From positions 259,764-323,763 of the forward strand of contig JAFDYN010000008.1 of assembly GCA_018267385.1 (NCBI GenBank): a DNA stretch of 64,000 nucleotides, in the 5' to 3' direction. Under the pieces are notes generated by a model. That model did not search any database and had not been told where the DNA came from. It saw only the letters and a list, made by a program, of their open reading frames with translations. The translations under genes and the position numbers were made by a program. The stretch is from Bacteroidota bacterium (GTDB taxonomy: Bacteria; Bacteroidota; Bacteroidia; Chitinophagales; LD1). This document shows positions 63,326-64,000 of the stretch, piece by piece; the stretch's first letter is position 1; the number at the start of each line of letters is the position of its first letter.

Positions 63326-63949
63326 TTATTTCCGACGGTAAATGATAGAAGTAATAAAACCGCGCCAGAAAGAATGCTGCTTCACCACTTGATACTCCGT
63401 GCTGAAAAGCGGAGCAACAGCCGGCATACTTTGAGTTTCCACACCGGATACGATGCGGAAGAATAGATACATGGTGCGTAGCAAGAGCCTTTGCCACCAT
63501 GTGCTCTCATTATCTATATGATAATCGGTATAAAGCCATATACCGTCTGGTTTCAGCAGTGAAGACAGTTTGTGAAAGTTTGCCTCAGCTTGCGGCTGTG
63601 TGAAATTATCAAACAAGAATGGCGTGATGATCACATCAAACTGTAGTGTCGTATCATACTCCTCTATAGACCGATGAATGAAGCCTGCTACATGGACAGC
63701 ATAGTCCCTTTTTTTTGCCATCTCTATCATACGGGCAGAGGACTCGACGTAGTGTATGCCGAGGCCTCTGATATGTAGTGCACCCAGATGCTCCAGTATC
63801 TCTCCTGTACCGCCGCCTACTATGAGGATACGGCTGCCTATCTTTACAGCCGGCAGCAATGCCTCCTGGGCCCGCATCAGTGTACGGCCGAAAACGATCC
63901 GGCTGAGCGGATCATAGATACGTGCTATGAGGTCATAATCGGTGGCCAT
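63326..63949 (-). CDS. Class I SAM-dependent methyltransferase
   Basis: Motif I RILIVGGGTGE, a post-I acidic residue, and a DVIITPFLFD-type motif. Confidence 0.8.
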   Translation of the reverse strand: MATDYDLIARIYDPLSRIVFGRTLMRAQEALLPAVKIGSRILIVGGGTGEILEHLGALHIRGLGIHYVESSARMIEMAKKRDYAVHVAGFIHRSIEEYDTTLQFDVIITPFLFDNFTQPQAEANFHKLSSLLKPDGIWLYTDYHIDNESTWWQRLLLRTMYLFFRIVSGVETQSMPAVAPLFSTEYQVVKQHSFWRGFITSIIYRRK

Positions 63950-63952
63950 GGA

Positions 63953-64000
63953 CTAGTGCACAAAGTGCATGGCAAAGATACCGCAAAGCGCCTTGACTAG
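63953..64000 (-). CDS. 3' end of an unidentified gene (15 codons plus stop visible)
   Basis: The reverse frame reads ...LVKALCGIFAMHFVH then TAG (63955..63953), 3 nt before the methyltransferase ATG. The product cannot be called. Confidence 0.3.
   Translation of the reverse strand, partial: LVKALCGIFAMHFVH

Noticed and set aside
1-64000. Search for CRISPR arrays, rRNA, tmRNA, RNase P, SRP RNA and obvious riboswitches in the larger spacers (15.85-16.2, 20.9-21.2, 24.9-25.2, 30.0-30.3, 33.2-33.5, 33.8-34.0, 34.9-35.4, 41.9-42.1 and 48.8-49.0 kb).
   Set aside because: I saw no regularly spaced identical repeats with unique spacers, and none of the conserved cores I know for these RNAs. The repeats that are present are short dispersed motifs and hairpins, described in the findings.

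Overview
This looks like a chromosomal segment from a Bacteroidota-type genome. Three things point that way: T9SS type-B C-terminal-domain cargo genes paired with PorP/SprF genes, TAnnTTTG-like -7 promoter boxes, and A/T-rich leaders without Shine-Dalgarno sequences. I support about 55 CDS and one tRNA-Leu(GAG). I found no rRNA and no CRISPR array. All product calls rest on motifs I recognise in the supplied translations; no searches were run.

Gene content from left to right:
- A response regulator (partial), PhoD-like phosphatase and phosphoglucomutase.
- Two tandem modules of giant adhesin plus PorP/SprF.
- NlpC/P60, small stress-type genes (Cys-rich four-helix bundle, NUDIX, PEBP), and an NHEJ locus (LigD in two ORFs, Ku).
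- Secreted hypotheticals and SMC.
- An AT-rich two-gene islet next to a RayT (IS200-like Y1 transposase) gene bracketed by three REP hairpins.
- Nramp, VOC and an RRM protein.
- A repeat-laden ORF, a third T9SS adhesin, and tRNA-Leu.
- A same-strand DNA-repair string: DUF763, EndoV, ligase-associated damage-response exonuclease, ligase and helicase, a Nei/Fpg-family glycosylase, and PdeM.
- A putative CMP-ulosonic-acid sugar cluster: cytidylyltransferase, split transketolase, class-III aminotransferase, SDR, KdsC-like phosphatase and NeuB-like synthase.
- A TonB-dependent receptor, RluA, and a few more.

Most interesting observations:
1. LigD is split exactly at an A9 run that carries the dnaX-type A_AAA_AAG heptamer, and the ligase-polymerase ORF lies in the -1 frame.
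2. The extended repair string is headed by an uncharacterised DUF763 protein that carries an HhH-like motif.
3. A REPtron-like RayT/REP unit sits beside a low-GC islet.
4. Tandem hairpin units with compensatory stem changes are embedded in an ORF.
5. Several families of short dispersed intergenic motifs recur across the window.
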